From the human T2T-CHM13v2.0 reference genome, Homo sapiens: a stretch of 64,000 nucleotides of DNA. Below are positions 51,207 through 64,000 of this stretch, in pieces (within the stretch, counting starts at the first letter, position 1; each line of letters opens with the position of its first letter). The stretch lies in assembly GCF_009914755.1 (NCBI RefSeq), contig NC_060933.1. One strand, 5' to 3'. The notes beneath the pieces were generated by a model. The model did no database searches and was not told where the DNA came from. It saw only the letters and a list, made by a program, of their open reading frames with translations. The translations under genes and the position numbers were made by a program.

Positions 51207-52094
51207 ATCTAAATTATGTAATAGTAAGAATATCTTCAACAACATAGAGAAACTAAGGAATGCCTGTTTTCTCCTGTTTTTAATTTATTCATAATGTATG
51301 AAACTTCTACAGTTTTAAATATGTTTTAGGGATAAACTAGGTCATTAATATTAAGAGATTAACACAGAAATATAGAGGTCTATATCAATGCGTCAATTAA
51401 AATTTCAGTAAATGAAAAAAGTAACCATTTCATTTTGGGACTGGAGGTAGTGAATTCCTTATTCAATGGTATGCTAGCCTATTTAATGAAGGAGATAGAT
51501 TTTAATTAGCTGTTTACATACATGGTAATGATGCCTTGATATTACTTGATTATCAATAAAAGCAGGACTCACACCTGTTCATTTCCACTGAAATGAGTTT
51601 TTTTCAGATACTTCATGTTTTATTGACATTTTATTTAACAGAGAAAGATACCGCATCAAGGATTACTTCATGTGATTTCATATGAACCTCTAGATTACGC
51701 TCTAGATGCGCATGCTATTTCAATTTAAGGAATCCTTAGAGGTTAGAGACAGAAGTCACAAAAAGATTCTTTTGTGTGGTTGCTGCACTGAAGTGTTGTG
51801 GTTGTATAATGTCACATATGCTTTATATGAACTTCAGGAATGGATTGAGATATTTGGCATAGAAATGCTATGGTCTTAAGTCTAGTTTAAGAAACCATAT
51901 GCTGTAATATATTCCACTTGACTAATGTTCTAACTTTGGTCCTCTGACCTCCTTTATTAGCATCTCTTAGTGGATTTTTAAAAAGACGTATGTTAGTCTG
52001 TATACTAAACCCACAGGATTAAAATCTCTGGGCATAGTGACTATGAGTTTACGCATATCCCATATTCTCCAGGATTTTCTTGTTTTCTTTTGAA

Positions 52095-52413
52095 AGGAAA
52101 AACAAAGCTGTCTTTATTCATGGATTCATGATTATCTACATAACAAATCCCCAAAAAACTACCAAACAAAAATTTTCTGTAACTAATAAGTGAGTTTTGC
52201 AAAGTCATAGGACACAAGGTCAATACACAAAAGTCAATTACTTTCTCATATGCCAGCAATGAACAATTAGAATTGTAAGTTTAATAAATAACTTTTACTA
52301 TAGTATACCCCAAGAAGAAGTACTTAGGAACAAATCTAACAAAATATGTAGAGAATCTGTAGGTAGAGAACCACAAAACAGATGAAAGAACTCATAGATC
52401 TAAATAATGGAGA
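52095..52413 (+). mobile_element. L1M ORF2 reverse-transcriptase remnant (resumes ~53190-53247)
   Basis: ctgtctttattc..atgattatctac (degenerate LFADDMI.Y); ctaataagtgagtt..aaggtcaatacacaaaagtcaatt; tgttcatgga..cttaatat. Confidence 0.8.
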
Positions 52414-53185
52414 GTGTGAAGAGAGACTATGAAACGGGAAAAAAGTACTGTACTTCTGAACCATGCATCTAATAAGGGATTAATATCCAATAAATAAGGA
52501 ACTAAAACAACTCAATAGCAAAATAATAATAATTTATTTAACAATGGGCAAAGAATGTGAATCGATATTTCTGTAAGGAAGACATACAAATGGCTAAGTA
52601 TATAAAAAAAGTTCAATAACACAATTCATCAGGGAAATGCAAATTAAAGCCACTGTGAGATATCACCTCACACTGCTGTTAGAATGGTTATTATCAAAAA
52701 GATGAAAGATAACCAGTGTTGGTATGGATGTGAAGAAATGAGAGCTCATATACTCTTGGTGTAATTTAAGTTAGTACAGCTATTATGGAAAACAGTATGG
52801 AGGTTCCTCAAAAAATTAAAAATAGAACCACCATATAAGCCAGCAATCCCACTACTAGATATACCTCCAAAGGAAAAAAAAATCAGTATGTGGAAGAGAT
52901 ATCTGCACTTCCATTTTGGTTACAGCACTATTTACAATAACAAAGATATAGAATCAACTTAAGTGTCCATCAAGAAACAGATAAAGAAGATTTATTATAC
53001 ATGCAGATGGAACACTAGTCTTAAGAAAGAAAAAAATCCAGTCACTTGTGACAACATAGAAAAACCTAGAAGATACTATGTTAGGTGAAATAAGCCAAGC
53101 ACACAAAGACACATGACAAACCTGAAAAAAGTAGAAGTAATAGAAGCAGAAAGTAGAATAATAGTTACCAGAGGCTGGGGGGAAA
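52414..53185 (+). mobile_element. L1MA ORF2 3' end and partial 3'UTR
   Basis: catcagggaaatgcaaattaaa..atggaaaacagtatggaggttcctcaaaaaattaaaaatagaa..gttaccagaggctggg. Confidence 0.88.
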
Positions 53186-53247
53186 ACAAGAAAAAAATGA
53201 AATATTGAAGAAATATTCTGTGTTCATGGAGTGAAACACTTAATATC

Positions 53248-54123
<876 letters not shown>

Positions 54124-54337
54124 TGTATTAGTCCATTTTGCATTGTTACAAGGAAATATCTGAGGCTGAGTTACTTTATAAAGAAAAGAGGTTTATTTGT
54201 CTGACAGTTCTGCAGGCTGTACAACAATGGCACCAGCATCCACCTAGCTTCTGGAAAGTCTTCAGAAAGCTTACAGTCATAGTGGAGAGCAAAGCAGGTG
54301 CCTGTGTATAACACGGCGAGACTGGAAGCAAGAGTGG
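54124..54337 (-). mobile_element. MSTA/B 5' LTR, partial
   Basis: tgtattagtcc..gaaatatctgaggctg..ttctgcaggctgtacaa..atggcaccagcatc; contiguous with the MST internal region. Confidence 0.88.
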
Positions 54338-54836
54338 ATTTTCTGATATAACCATCCCAATTATATGTCTCGGACTAGCCTTTAGCAGCCACTGTTTTAG
54401 AGAAGCTTAGCATACAATATTTTTAAAGTTCTAATATGTCATTATAATTATAAAATAATTTTCAGAGTTCATTAATGTTTTCTTTAAAACTATTAGACCT
54501 TCGATGTTCAACCTCCTGAAATAGTGCTTAAAACCTAGAGGCAACATGTGGGATAAGTTGTCATAACTATGGATGAGATCAAATCTTAAAAAATGCATTG
54601 CAAAGATAATCCTTTCATTATGCTTTTACAAAAGGATGATGCTACATTAACACAGTAATTTCTGATAAATAAAATATATTAAATATCTAAGAATTAACAG
54701 TTGCTGGGGAAATATATAACCAAAGTTTAAAATATGTCAGAATATTTTAATAAATTATTAAAATAAATAAATTCTTAATAAAAAAGACCAGAGAAATCTG
54801 ACTTCTTTCTTTCTCCGAAGCTAGTGGTGAGTTCAT

Positions 54837-55106
54837 TATATTAGTTAGTTCTCATATTGCTATAAATAACTACTTGAGATTGGGTAGTTTACAAAGAAAA
54901 GAGGTTTAACTGACTCACAGTTCTGGAGGCTGTATGGGAGGCATGGCTGGGGAGGCCCCAGGAAACTTACAATCATGGCAGAAGGCAAACGGCAAGCAAG
55001 CACATCTTTACATGTCAGAGCCAGAGAGCAAGAGCAGGGGGAAGTGCTACACACTCTCAAAAGACTAGATCTTGCGAGAACTCGCTCACCATCATGAAAA
55101 CAGCAA
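54837..55106 (-). mobile_element. MSTA/THE1D-type LTR, partial
   Basis: tattagt..ttgctataaa..gaggtttaactgactcacagttc..ggaaacttacaatcatggcagaagg..gagaactcgctcac. Confidence 0.88.
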
Positions 55107-58100
55107 ATATTTTTATTTAGATAGTCATTAGGATTGTATGATCTGTAATTTTCATATTACATCTTCTATTTCACAGTTAGTATCATGTGAACTCTTTGAA
55201 ATCAGACTTCCTAAAATTTAGCTAATAGGTCTGGTAAATACCTATTGGCTGCTTCTACTCTTACCAACTTTTTCCCTTCTCCAAAGGTTTACTGTTTTCA
55301 TATAATTGATATGTGTTTTCCATCAGCCTTATTGTTGATTCTATTTTATAATTCTAAGCTTGTGTGTACGTGCATCAGCGCCCATGCATGAATGTCTGTG
55401 TTCTCTATTTCTTTCTTATCTATTTTTAATTTACAGTTATCTCACTGTGTTCTAATTTATGTATCTTTGTGAATACTTAAATAATTTTTGCAACATCGTG
55501 TAAACCAAAGAAATGAAGAATTTTAGTTTCCCATACCATTAATGTATTGTTTTCATTTCCTGAGTATGATTCTTTAGTTTCTTTTTCTGCCGGTGCTCTA
55601 CTTTTGAATAAATAATCATATACCAATCACTAAAATGCAAGAGTCATACATCTGAAGTCATGTATGTTGATTACATAACAGTGTAGAAATTTGGTCTCAA
55701 GATAACCACAGTATTTAAAACCTCAATTTTATATTTAAATAAAAAAGAAACTAGCACATTTAGAAATGCACACTTCAACTTTGCTCACCTGACTAGCACC
55801 ATGTATCTGTTTATTTAGTTGCTGGCTTGTGAAGGTATTATTGATAACACATTCAAAATCATGGGGTGATGATGAGTTCAGATACAGATCAGTAGGTAGG
55901 ATGATAGATACCTTAGATACATAGATAAAACTCAGGTGAACTTGGAGATGTAAAGGTGAGCTAGAGCTCATCTTTCATTCACAAACTTTTTCCAAGCACA
56001 CTGTAGTATGAATTGCGTTTGGACATTTAGGTGATAGCAAATTTTCAACACACAGCAACATTTTCTACATTTTTTTGTTTGTGTAATATCAAAAGTGTGA
56101 CGTTGGCTAACAGTGAAAATAAAACTGTAGCTCACTCTAATTCTGCCAAAATATCCTATATTTTAATTAAGGGAGTTTTACCTGAGTGAAAAACATCGAA
56201 AATTCCAGTAAAAATCAAGGATTTTACATATGTATATGTGTATTTGAGCTAAAGACATATATTCTTAACCACCTGTAGCATGAAATAAGTAATCAAATGT
56301 GAAAGAAACAGCTAATTTGTTGAATCAAATAATTTTCTTCCAATGATTATATATCTTGCATAGCAGAAAGATTGCATGCATATGAATGAATGCATTTGCT
56401 TCACTTTATATTTTCTTCCCTAATAGTTTTAATTTTTTATTTTCTAATATTGTATGTGATGATGAACTCGAGTAGTATTTTAAGCTATTACTTTAGATGC
56501 TTAAAGACCATTAGCACTCTAACAAAAATTGTCATTGTCTTTATAAAGATCTCTGTGCCTGTTGCCACATTAGTAAAACTGAGATAATCATAGAAACAGT
56601 TTCACAAGTTGGTGAGAAAATATTGATAAAGCACTTAGAATTCCATTACACACAGATCAGGTACCCAATAAATAATGGGTATTTCTCATGAAACAGATTA
56701 GTTCTGTATCACTTACTTTACATTTCCAGCATAGTACACAGTGCCTGAGACTGAGAAGCAGCTCTGTTAATATTTACTGAAAGAATAGCATTAAATAATA
56801 CAAGAAAAATAAGATATAATTAAACAAATCAATATGATTGATCTCTGTGGACGTCCACAGTTTAAAACCATTCCCTCTTTCTTCTTTCTGTCTTACCCTA
56901 GGATCAGGGATGCCAGGAAATTCTAAAGTACTTGAAGTTTTTCACTGGATCATCTTAACTCTCTAGCTTTATCTAATTAACATGAAGCACCATCATGACT
57001 ATGCATCTTATTCAATGTGTTTCAGAACAACTGTCTTCTAAGTTACATTTGACCATAACAATAAACTCGGTTTTCAAAATGTGTCAATCAACTAATAGGG
57101 TCATTGACTCACAACCTACAGACAGTAATAGTAACATTAACCTCTATCTTGGGTCAAAGCCCCTGCTTCACTTTTGGGATCATCAGCAAACCAGTTACCC
57201 CTGGCAAAGTTCAGTCCTCCAGGTGCACTGATGATAGTGAAAAGACAGTTTCCCAAAGCACAGCTTGTTCCTTTTCATCATCTCACTTCTCTCTCTTCTC
57301 ACAAAGAATCTCTCTGTGTCAGACAAAGATGGGTGGTACAGTGTGTCTGGGTCTAAAGCTGGAAATGTTTTTCTTTTCTAAATCTCAAATATGTTTTCAG
57401 CCAAACGTTTGATGAACTACAAGAAATGAGAATCAGGAAGTCAGATGTTCGCTAAGATAGCGAACTTCTGTAAAATTATCTTACACTGACTACCAAAATA
57501 TGACAATTATTTCAGGAAAGGGAACAAAAAAACGCTTGTGATTAGAAGATTGGGGAAAAGGACTACCTCTTCTACAGTTGTTTCAAATTGAAATCTTTGT
57601 ACTGTTATTTTAATATTTTAAAGTGTATTCACTTTTTGTTATTCTGAATCCTCAATTAGACTGTAATTATCTCAAAGGGTAAGATCACAAACCAAAGGTT
57701 ATGCTCTCAACTGTATCACTAAAAATGGCCACAGTAATTTTTTTAGCCTTAGCTTCCTTCCACACCTACAAAATAAGCAGAAAAATATCCTGTCTCAAAA
57801 GGATTAAATGCAATAATGCATTTAAAAAAATGCTCCAAAAAAGGTGAACCATTAGATAAACATAAGGCAAAATATAAGGTTAAAAAGACAGAGAATAAAG
57901 CTTAAACATCTTTTTAATTTGAGAAAATGTAATGACACATGCAAATTTATTTGGAAAATAGATGACATAAAAGACATTCACCGAAGTTTTGTTCAACCAA
58001 GATCAAACTCAGAGAAATCGTAGGTGGGCAATGATATGCCTTGGTGAAATAACGAAGTGGGGATTTAATTTCTCATACTGAAAGTGCCTTTAATCTGTCC

Positions 58101-58879
58101 CATATTGTTATTCAGTTCATTAAAGAACAACATGCATAAACATGGATTTTTTTGTGTGCTTAAATCATCTTCCTAAATATGCAAATCAGTGAGGCATATA
58201 TTATCAGTGTTCTGTTTAATATTCATTGTGATCTACTCAGTAGTTTTCCTTTCTAATGAGAGCATACCATCTAAGTAACTCACCTTCCCATGCCTGAACT
58301 TAGCCAATTTAGTTCGTACTTGAACACGACATTTTTTTTCAAAGTTCTTTCTAAACCATTACACATACGTATGTATGTTTGTATCTACATATCTTCTGTA
58401 GCTCCTCATTTACTTTGCAAACATATAGTCACCCTAAATTCAGTTTGATTATTGAAAGTCAGGGTTCTTTTTTTAATCAGAATTATATTTCAGGTAGAGT
58501 TTTAAATAATTAGCTCAATTGTTGTTATTGACTAGTAAATGAACACTAAAGAGCATATAAAATACATTCTAAATCTAAGTCTGCAAACAACTATATTGTC
58601 ACATATGTCATCCTCATATACGACAACAAGGTTTATGGCTACATACAAAAACTTGGCTCTACATACCTATATACTAGTTATCAAGCCAGTCAGATACTTA
58701 TCTTAAAAAGTTGTTCAATAAAGGAAATTTTATAAAATAACTATACACATGTGTTCATAAAAATAATATACTGGTCCCTATTCTCAGAAATTTTTACAAA
58801 TGACATGCTATAAAACTCAGCACAAAACCCAAGATATCATGTAATTAAATTTCCTACTGCGTAACTATATTTGCACTAC

Positions 58880-59470
58880 TAATACAGAAGAATTCAAGAC
58901 ACTAAGAGGAAAATTAAACCAAAACTGGACGAGTAGATAAACAGACAAAGAATATAGACATTACTATAGTCAGGAAAAAGTATACAAACAAGGACAAAAG
59001 AGAGAACTAAACAGAACATAGGGGCCTAAGGTATAAGTGCAAACTCATGAGGAACCTGCCTTGACTGGAGAAGCATGTGTGTGGAGAATTAACAGACTAT
59101 TAAGATAAGGTGGGACCAGAATACGGTGGTTTTAGTTGTCAGAGATAAAATTTTAAGCCAGATGCTCTAGGCAATAGAAGTCTTTGTAACTTGAAGTACA
59201 GCTGAGAAGCATGTTGTAAAGCTTTAGGAGGACACAGAATAGAAAAAATACAGGATGCCTGCGAGGCAAACTCCTGGAGTTTTGTGCAGGCATACAAGTT
59301 ATTCAAGTAATCTAGTCATGGGGGAAGAAGAGAGTGTCAGGCTCTAGTAAGGAAAAGAAAAGAGGAGAATCTTTTAAAGTACAACCAGTTTCATGACATA
59401 TTTGTTATAAAATATTAAGGAAAGAAAAAAAGAGTTAATTCAAAATTTTTCATCTTGGATGTGAGAAGCG
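58880..59470 (-). mobile_element. Degenerate L2
   Basis: ttgactggag..aaggtgggaccaga..taggcaatagaagtc..aagtaatctag. Confidence 0.5.
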
Positions 59471-60488
59471 TGCTTTTTTGTACGTATGTGATACAGCTCT
59501 AGGTCCCTCCAGTAATTCCAACTTCACTCTATACTCAATTGTTATCGTTGTCTTTATTTTATATAGACTACACTATACAGATAATCATTGCTTTTATCTT
59601 ATCTTTTACTGGTTAACCTGTATTGGTGCCTACGTAATCAGTAGGCAACTGGTTGAAGCTTTTCGTTTATTTTCTGTTACATGATGATAGTTACATTGGT
59701 CATCCAAAATAAATGCTTAATAAAGAAGTTAGTTGAAGACAGACATTCCTATGACACATTTATTTAAGTCATACTACACTTAAATAATTCCAAAGAGAAT
59801 TCATTTATGATGTTTTAACTCACCTATCATATAATCAGCATTTCTCAAGGCTTAGAATGTATTATATGTAGACAATTCATAGGAAAGGAAAAACTCAGTA
59901 TTTTTAATTAAATTGAAACCCACTTTTCAAAAGTGTATGTACATGGAGTTTTTTGTTACAGACCACTGTTAGTTTTCAAAAGCACATTCATAAGATTATT
60001 CTCTTTCAAGAAATCTAATAAATTCCTTCTGAATAAAAAATCTTGATAGATTAATATGAGATCTGGCTCATAGAACTTATTCTTAATTCACTGCGTTTGT
60101 GGCCTCCAAGATTTCAGCCATACTGACAAAAGTGAAAAAGCACCACTGCCAAAATTAAGATGAACACAGCAGACTTTAGGAAAAATTACCTAAGTTTTCT
60201 TATTTTAAATCTCACCCCCCATACTCTCCCCAACACACACCAAATCCTTATATGGTCAGTTCCTAATGATGAGAGGAGTTCAGCTAGCATCTTCCAAGCA
60301 AGAGTTCTGTGTCCTTTTTTGCCTATTCCCCAAACTCCAGGTTTTTGTTTTTGTTTTGCGGTGGCAAACACAGTCTAATTAGGTCATGTGCAATTGTCAT
60401 ATACATGATGATTATCAGGAGTTTTGGAGTCTGTTATTTCACTTGGGTTCTTATATAAGCATCATTGCACAAAACATCCTATTATTAT

Positions 60489-60875
60489 TATATTAGTCTG
60501 CTAGGGCCGTCATAATAAAATACCACAGACTGGGTGGCTGAAGCAATAGAAATTTATTTTCTCACAGTTTTAAGAGGACAGAAATTCAAGATCAAGTTGT
60601 TGGTAGGTCTGGTTTCTCATGAGGCCTCCCTTTCTCCACGGCTTGACCATGGTTGTCTTCTTACTATGTCCTCACATGACATTTACTCAATGTACACATA
60701 TCACTGATGTCTATTCTTCTTCTTCTAAGGATATCAGTCATGTAGGATCAGAGTCCTATTCTTCTAACCTCATTTAACCTTATTTCTTTTAAAGCTCTAT
60801 CTCCGAATAAAGTCACATTGGGGATTAGGGCTTCAACATATGAATTTCAGGGAGACACAATTCAGTCCCATAAAA
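60489..60875 (-). mobile_element. MLT1B MaLR solo LTR
   Basis: tattagtctgctaggg..aaataccacagactgggtggc..agtcacattgggg.ttagggcttcaacatatgaattt..acaattcagtcc. Confidence 0.9.
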
Positions 60876-63191
60876 GTGAACACTAACCAATTTCAGAAAA
60901 TACTGTCATTCCTAACATAGCCACCATTTACACAATTAATCATACAATTCTCCTAACCATAAGCACTCTTTAAAATCAGAACCCTACTGATTCTTGTAAT
61001 GAAAATAGTGAATCACTTAACAGTTGTCATTTTCATCACTCATACCAGTAACATGTATTATAGAATTATAAATTACTATGAAGCTTAATGGAAAACAGGT
61101 GTAACAACTCACAATTTTTGCAAATTATAATTGAATTTAATGTATTAATGTATCATGTACCTGACCTACAGCATCTTATACTTTGAGGACTATATAGTAT
61201 ACAGTGAGATTATAATATGAGAACATATACACCAAGATTAGGATAAAGAGAACATTAAGACAAAAAAAAAATCTCAGAATAGAAATGAGAAAATAAAATT
61301 AACAGAAAAAAAAGTAACTAGTTGGGCAAAGGAAAAGTCCATGGAGATTGAAAGAAGATGGTAAATTCTGGAATAAAAATTAAATACCTCTCTGGAATTT
61401 ACACATATAGAACATTCCTGCTCAATGTGCCTATGCTGGCAGTGATTGCTGTATCATCTGAGAGTTCTTCCACACTGATAGTATCAATAGCTGGTATAAA
61501 GGGGGAGTGTCAAGGAAGGGAACAGAGGGCATTTCAACTGGAACATGTGAACAGGTGGGAAGGGGTCTCTCCAGCCTGTCTGAGGACTAGTCCTTTGAAA
61601 GTACTGGATCCACACCTTGTTAAGGACATTTTCACTGTAGGACTGCAAGGAAACAGAATTGTACTTGTTGAGTATCCTTTCTGCTGGGAGTATGTGCCAT
61701 CCACAGGGTTGTTAATGTATATTATTTCTCAAATGATAGTCCACAGATAAAATGAAGTATTAAACGTTCTGGATGAGGGAAATGGGTTTTAAAGATTTAG
61801 TTGTCTATGCAGTCTTTAAAATATATACTTTCTATCCATTTGCTATTTAATATGTGAGTTTTCTGTTCTTTATCTTGCTTATATTTTTTCTGTGCTGGTT
61901 GCCTAATATATCAAGTATTTCAGGAGTGATGAACAAACAAAATATAACATATTTATCTATGAAACTTATCTTTGGGAAGTTTTTGAAAATAGGCACTCAT
62001 ACAAATGCTAGGTCTAAGAATAAAAATATTATTGTCTTTGGTATCTAGGTCGGTAACACTTCTTTGGAGTTTAATGGTCAGTTAAACCAAAATATTATAC
62101 AGAGAGAAGATATAGGCTATATTCCTCAATTTATCTGAAACTATTATATAGCAAGTGGTTTAAAATTGACATGATCATATATTAACATCATATTCTATCA
62201 ATATCACTGAGGTAAATAAAGGATTTTTTTCACATATTTTCCAGGATTGAAAAGCAACTCCAAACTACTGAGCTCAGAATTTCCTTTTTATTATGGAGAG
62301 AGTAGATGTAATGATTTTTGATTGCTGATATACATATTTTGTTCATCAAAAATTAAATGAAGCAGCACATTTCTACCTGAAATGGCATATCTGTCAGCTG
62401 TGTGCTTAGAGTGTATTTTTCTTCTCTCATATAATATTGCTATGGATGAATAGCATGCTGATGAATGGGATTTTAGGTTGAGTTTTTAATCTGAAAGTTT
62501 TTTTTTTTTTTTTACGGCTTTTCCTATTAATTTAACTAACAAGATTGCTGGGGGCAGGGGCAGCTGCTAGGAAGTAATATTGGAAAGACTTTAAAATATT
62601 TACATATCTGTATAAATGCAAATTTATTAAAAATGACAGTTGAAAAAAGCAGTGTAGTATTGAGTTAAACATAGGCCTTAACCCCTCCATTCTAAATGCA
62701 TTATTGGTTGATATATTTATATGAATTTATTATTAGGCACTATCTTAGACATCACTGTAAAATGTATAAAATATGGGGCAGTTTAATTGGTGTAAATATG
62801 TCAAAATGTAAAATTACTTTTTTAATTTCTCAATTTAATATTGTCAGACTTTTCTTTATAGTGCATTTATATTTCAATGAACTAATTAAGAAATTGACTA
62901 AGTTAACTTCAACATACAGACATGTGAGCCTTTGGGACATCATTTGTGGATTGAATGTTTTTTTTTTTGTCATGAACATGCACTATTCACTAGACCTGAT
63001 TCAACATCTGTTTTTGCCTATAAGTTCAATTATTTTTTCCCTAACATGCAGCTAGCTGTATATTTTTTTCTTTATAGTAAAGTAATACATATTCTTTGTA
63101 ATACCTATAGATAATAGATAAGGCATGCATACAAATGACAAAATCATCCTATCAGTTAGAGAAAAGTTCTAATTCCTTGGTGTTACTATTT

Positions 63192-63398
63192 TATGGTAAA
63201 TATATGGTCTCTGGAGCCACAACCTCAGGTTCAAATGCTGGCTCAACTGCTTACTACTTTCTTGACATCTTGGTCAAGTTTGTACCTCAGCTTTCATATC
63301 TGTAAAGGCAGAGGACAACAGTATCTCAGTTACCAGGATTAAATAAGTTATATACAAAGTACTCATTAGAGCTCCTGGCATAGAATAAATGTTAAGCT
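63192..63398 (+). mobile_element. MIR SINE
   Basis: ctctggagcca..ggttcaaat..tgtacctcag..atctgtaaa..ggattaaata..cctggcatag..aataaatgtt. Confidence 0.8.
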
Positions 63399-64000
63399 GA
63401 TGAAAATTGTATTATTGTAGAGTTTCATGCAAACCCCTGAATTTTTACATAAAATAGACATAGTTTATGAACATTTTTGCTGCTTGATGTAATGTGAATT
63501 TTTTCATCTCTCATGATACATGTGTGCAATCTTTTAAAAATATCTGTATAGCAATTTTCAGTCAACATCTGTATACGAGTATACAGTTCTGTTCAAATAA
63601 TCCCATGATTTCCTAGAAGAAAATATACTGAGCTGAAAGAAATGTATTCTTGAAGGATGTTTGAAAACATACGTACTCCTCTTGACAGTGTAGGGGTCTG
63701 AAAATTTCTGTTCAGCTTTACTAGTACAAAGTATTGCCATTAACTCTCTTCTTTTTCTAGTTACTAAATTATAAGTGTGTTGCTTCAATTTATATTTAAT
63801 TGCTTGTGGAATTAGGCATTGTTTTTTGTTATTTAACTTTGTCTTTTATGCATTATATATAGATGTATTTGTCATTTTCTTATTAATTACCATGAGATCA
63901 TTTGATACAAAACTTGAGTTTCTTAAAATATCGGATGAAATTATTAAGCAGGTAACTGTTTTCCAAGTTCTAGTGTGAAGTCATGAGACTCCTAATGGAC

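Noticed and set aside
61358-61750. 130-aa ATG-initiated ORF in non-repeat DNA
   Set aside because: No recognisable domain, promoter or splice context. It would need PhyloCSF or Ribo-seq support.

Overview
AT-rich, CpG-depleted simian primate (human-like) genomic DNA. The evidence is AluJ/AluS SINEs, THE1/MST LTRs, MIR, L2, old L1M elements and hAT MITEs. I saw no AluY, no CpG island and no recognisable protein-coding exon, tRNA, rRNA or CRISPR array. The supplied ORFs are repeat-derived or chance. The window is mostly an intergenic or intronic transposon graveyard with heavy nesting at 16-18, 21-25, 37-44 and 52-55 kb. The best gene-like signal is a candidate minus-strand TATA-type promoter with a short non-coding first exon ending in CTG|GTAAGT (~900-1170). 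Other leads are a perfect 24-bp-stem hairpin inside a template-switch patchwork (2179-2281), a 4x77-bp minisatellite apparently grown from a MIR3 core (24682-24988), a THE1D LTR with a perfect CAG|GTAAGT donor, an LTR41 with two CTCF-like motifs, two L1 inversion scars and a run of same-strand MaLR LTRs. I found no convincing novel multi-gene system. Repeat subfamily names come from remembered consensus motifs and need RepeatMasker/Dfam confirmation. Boundaries of the oldest elements are approximate.
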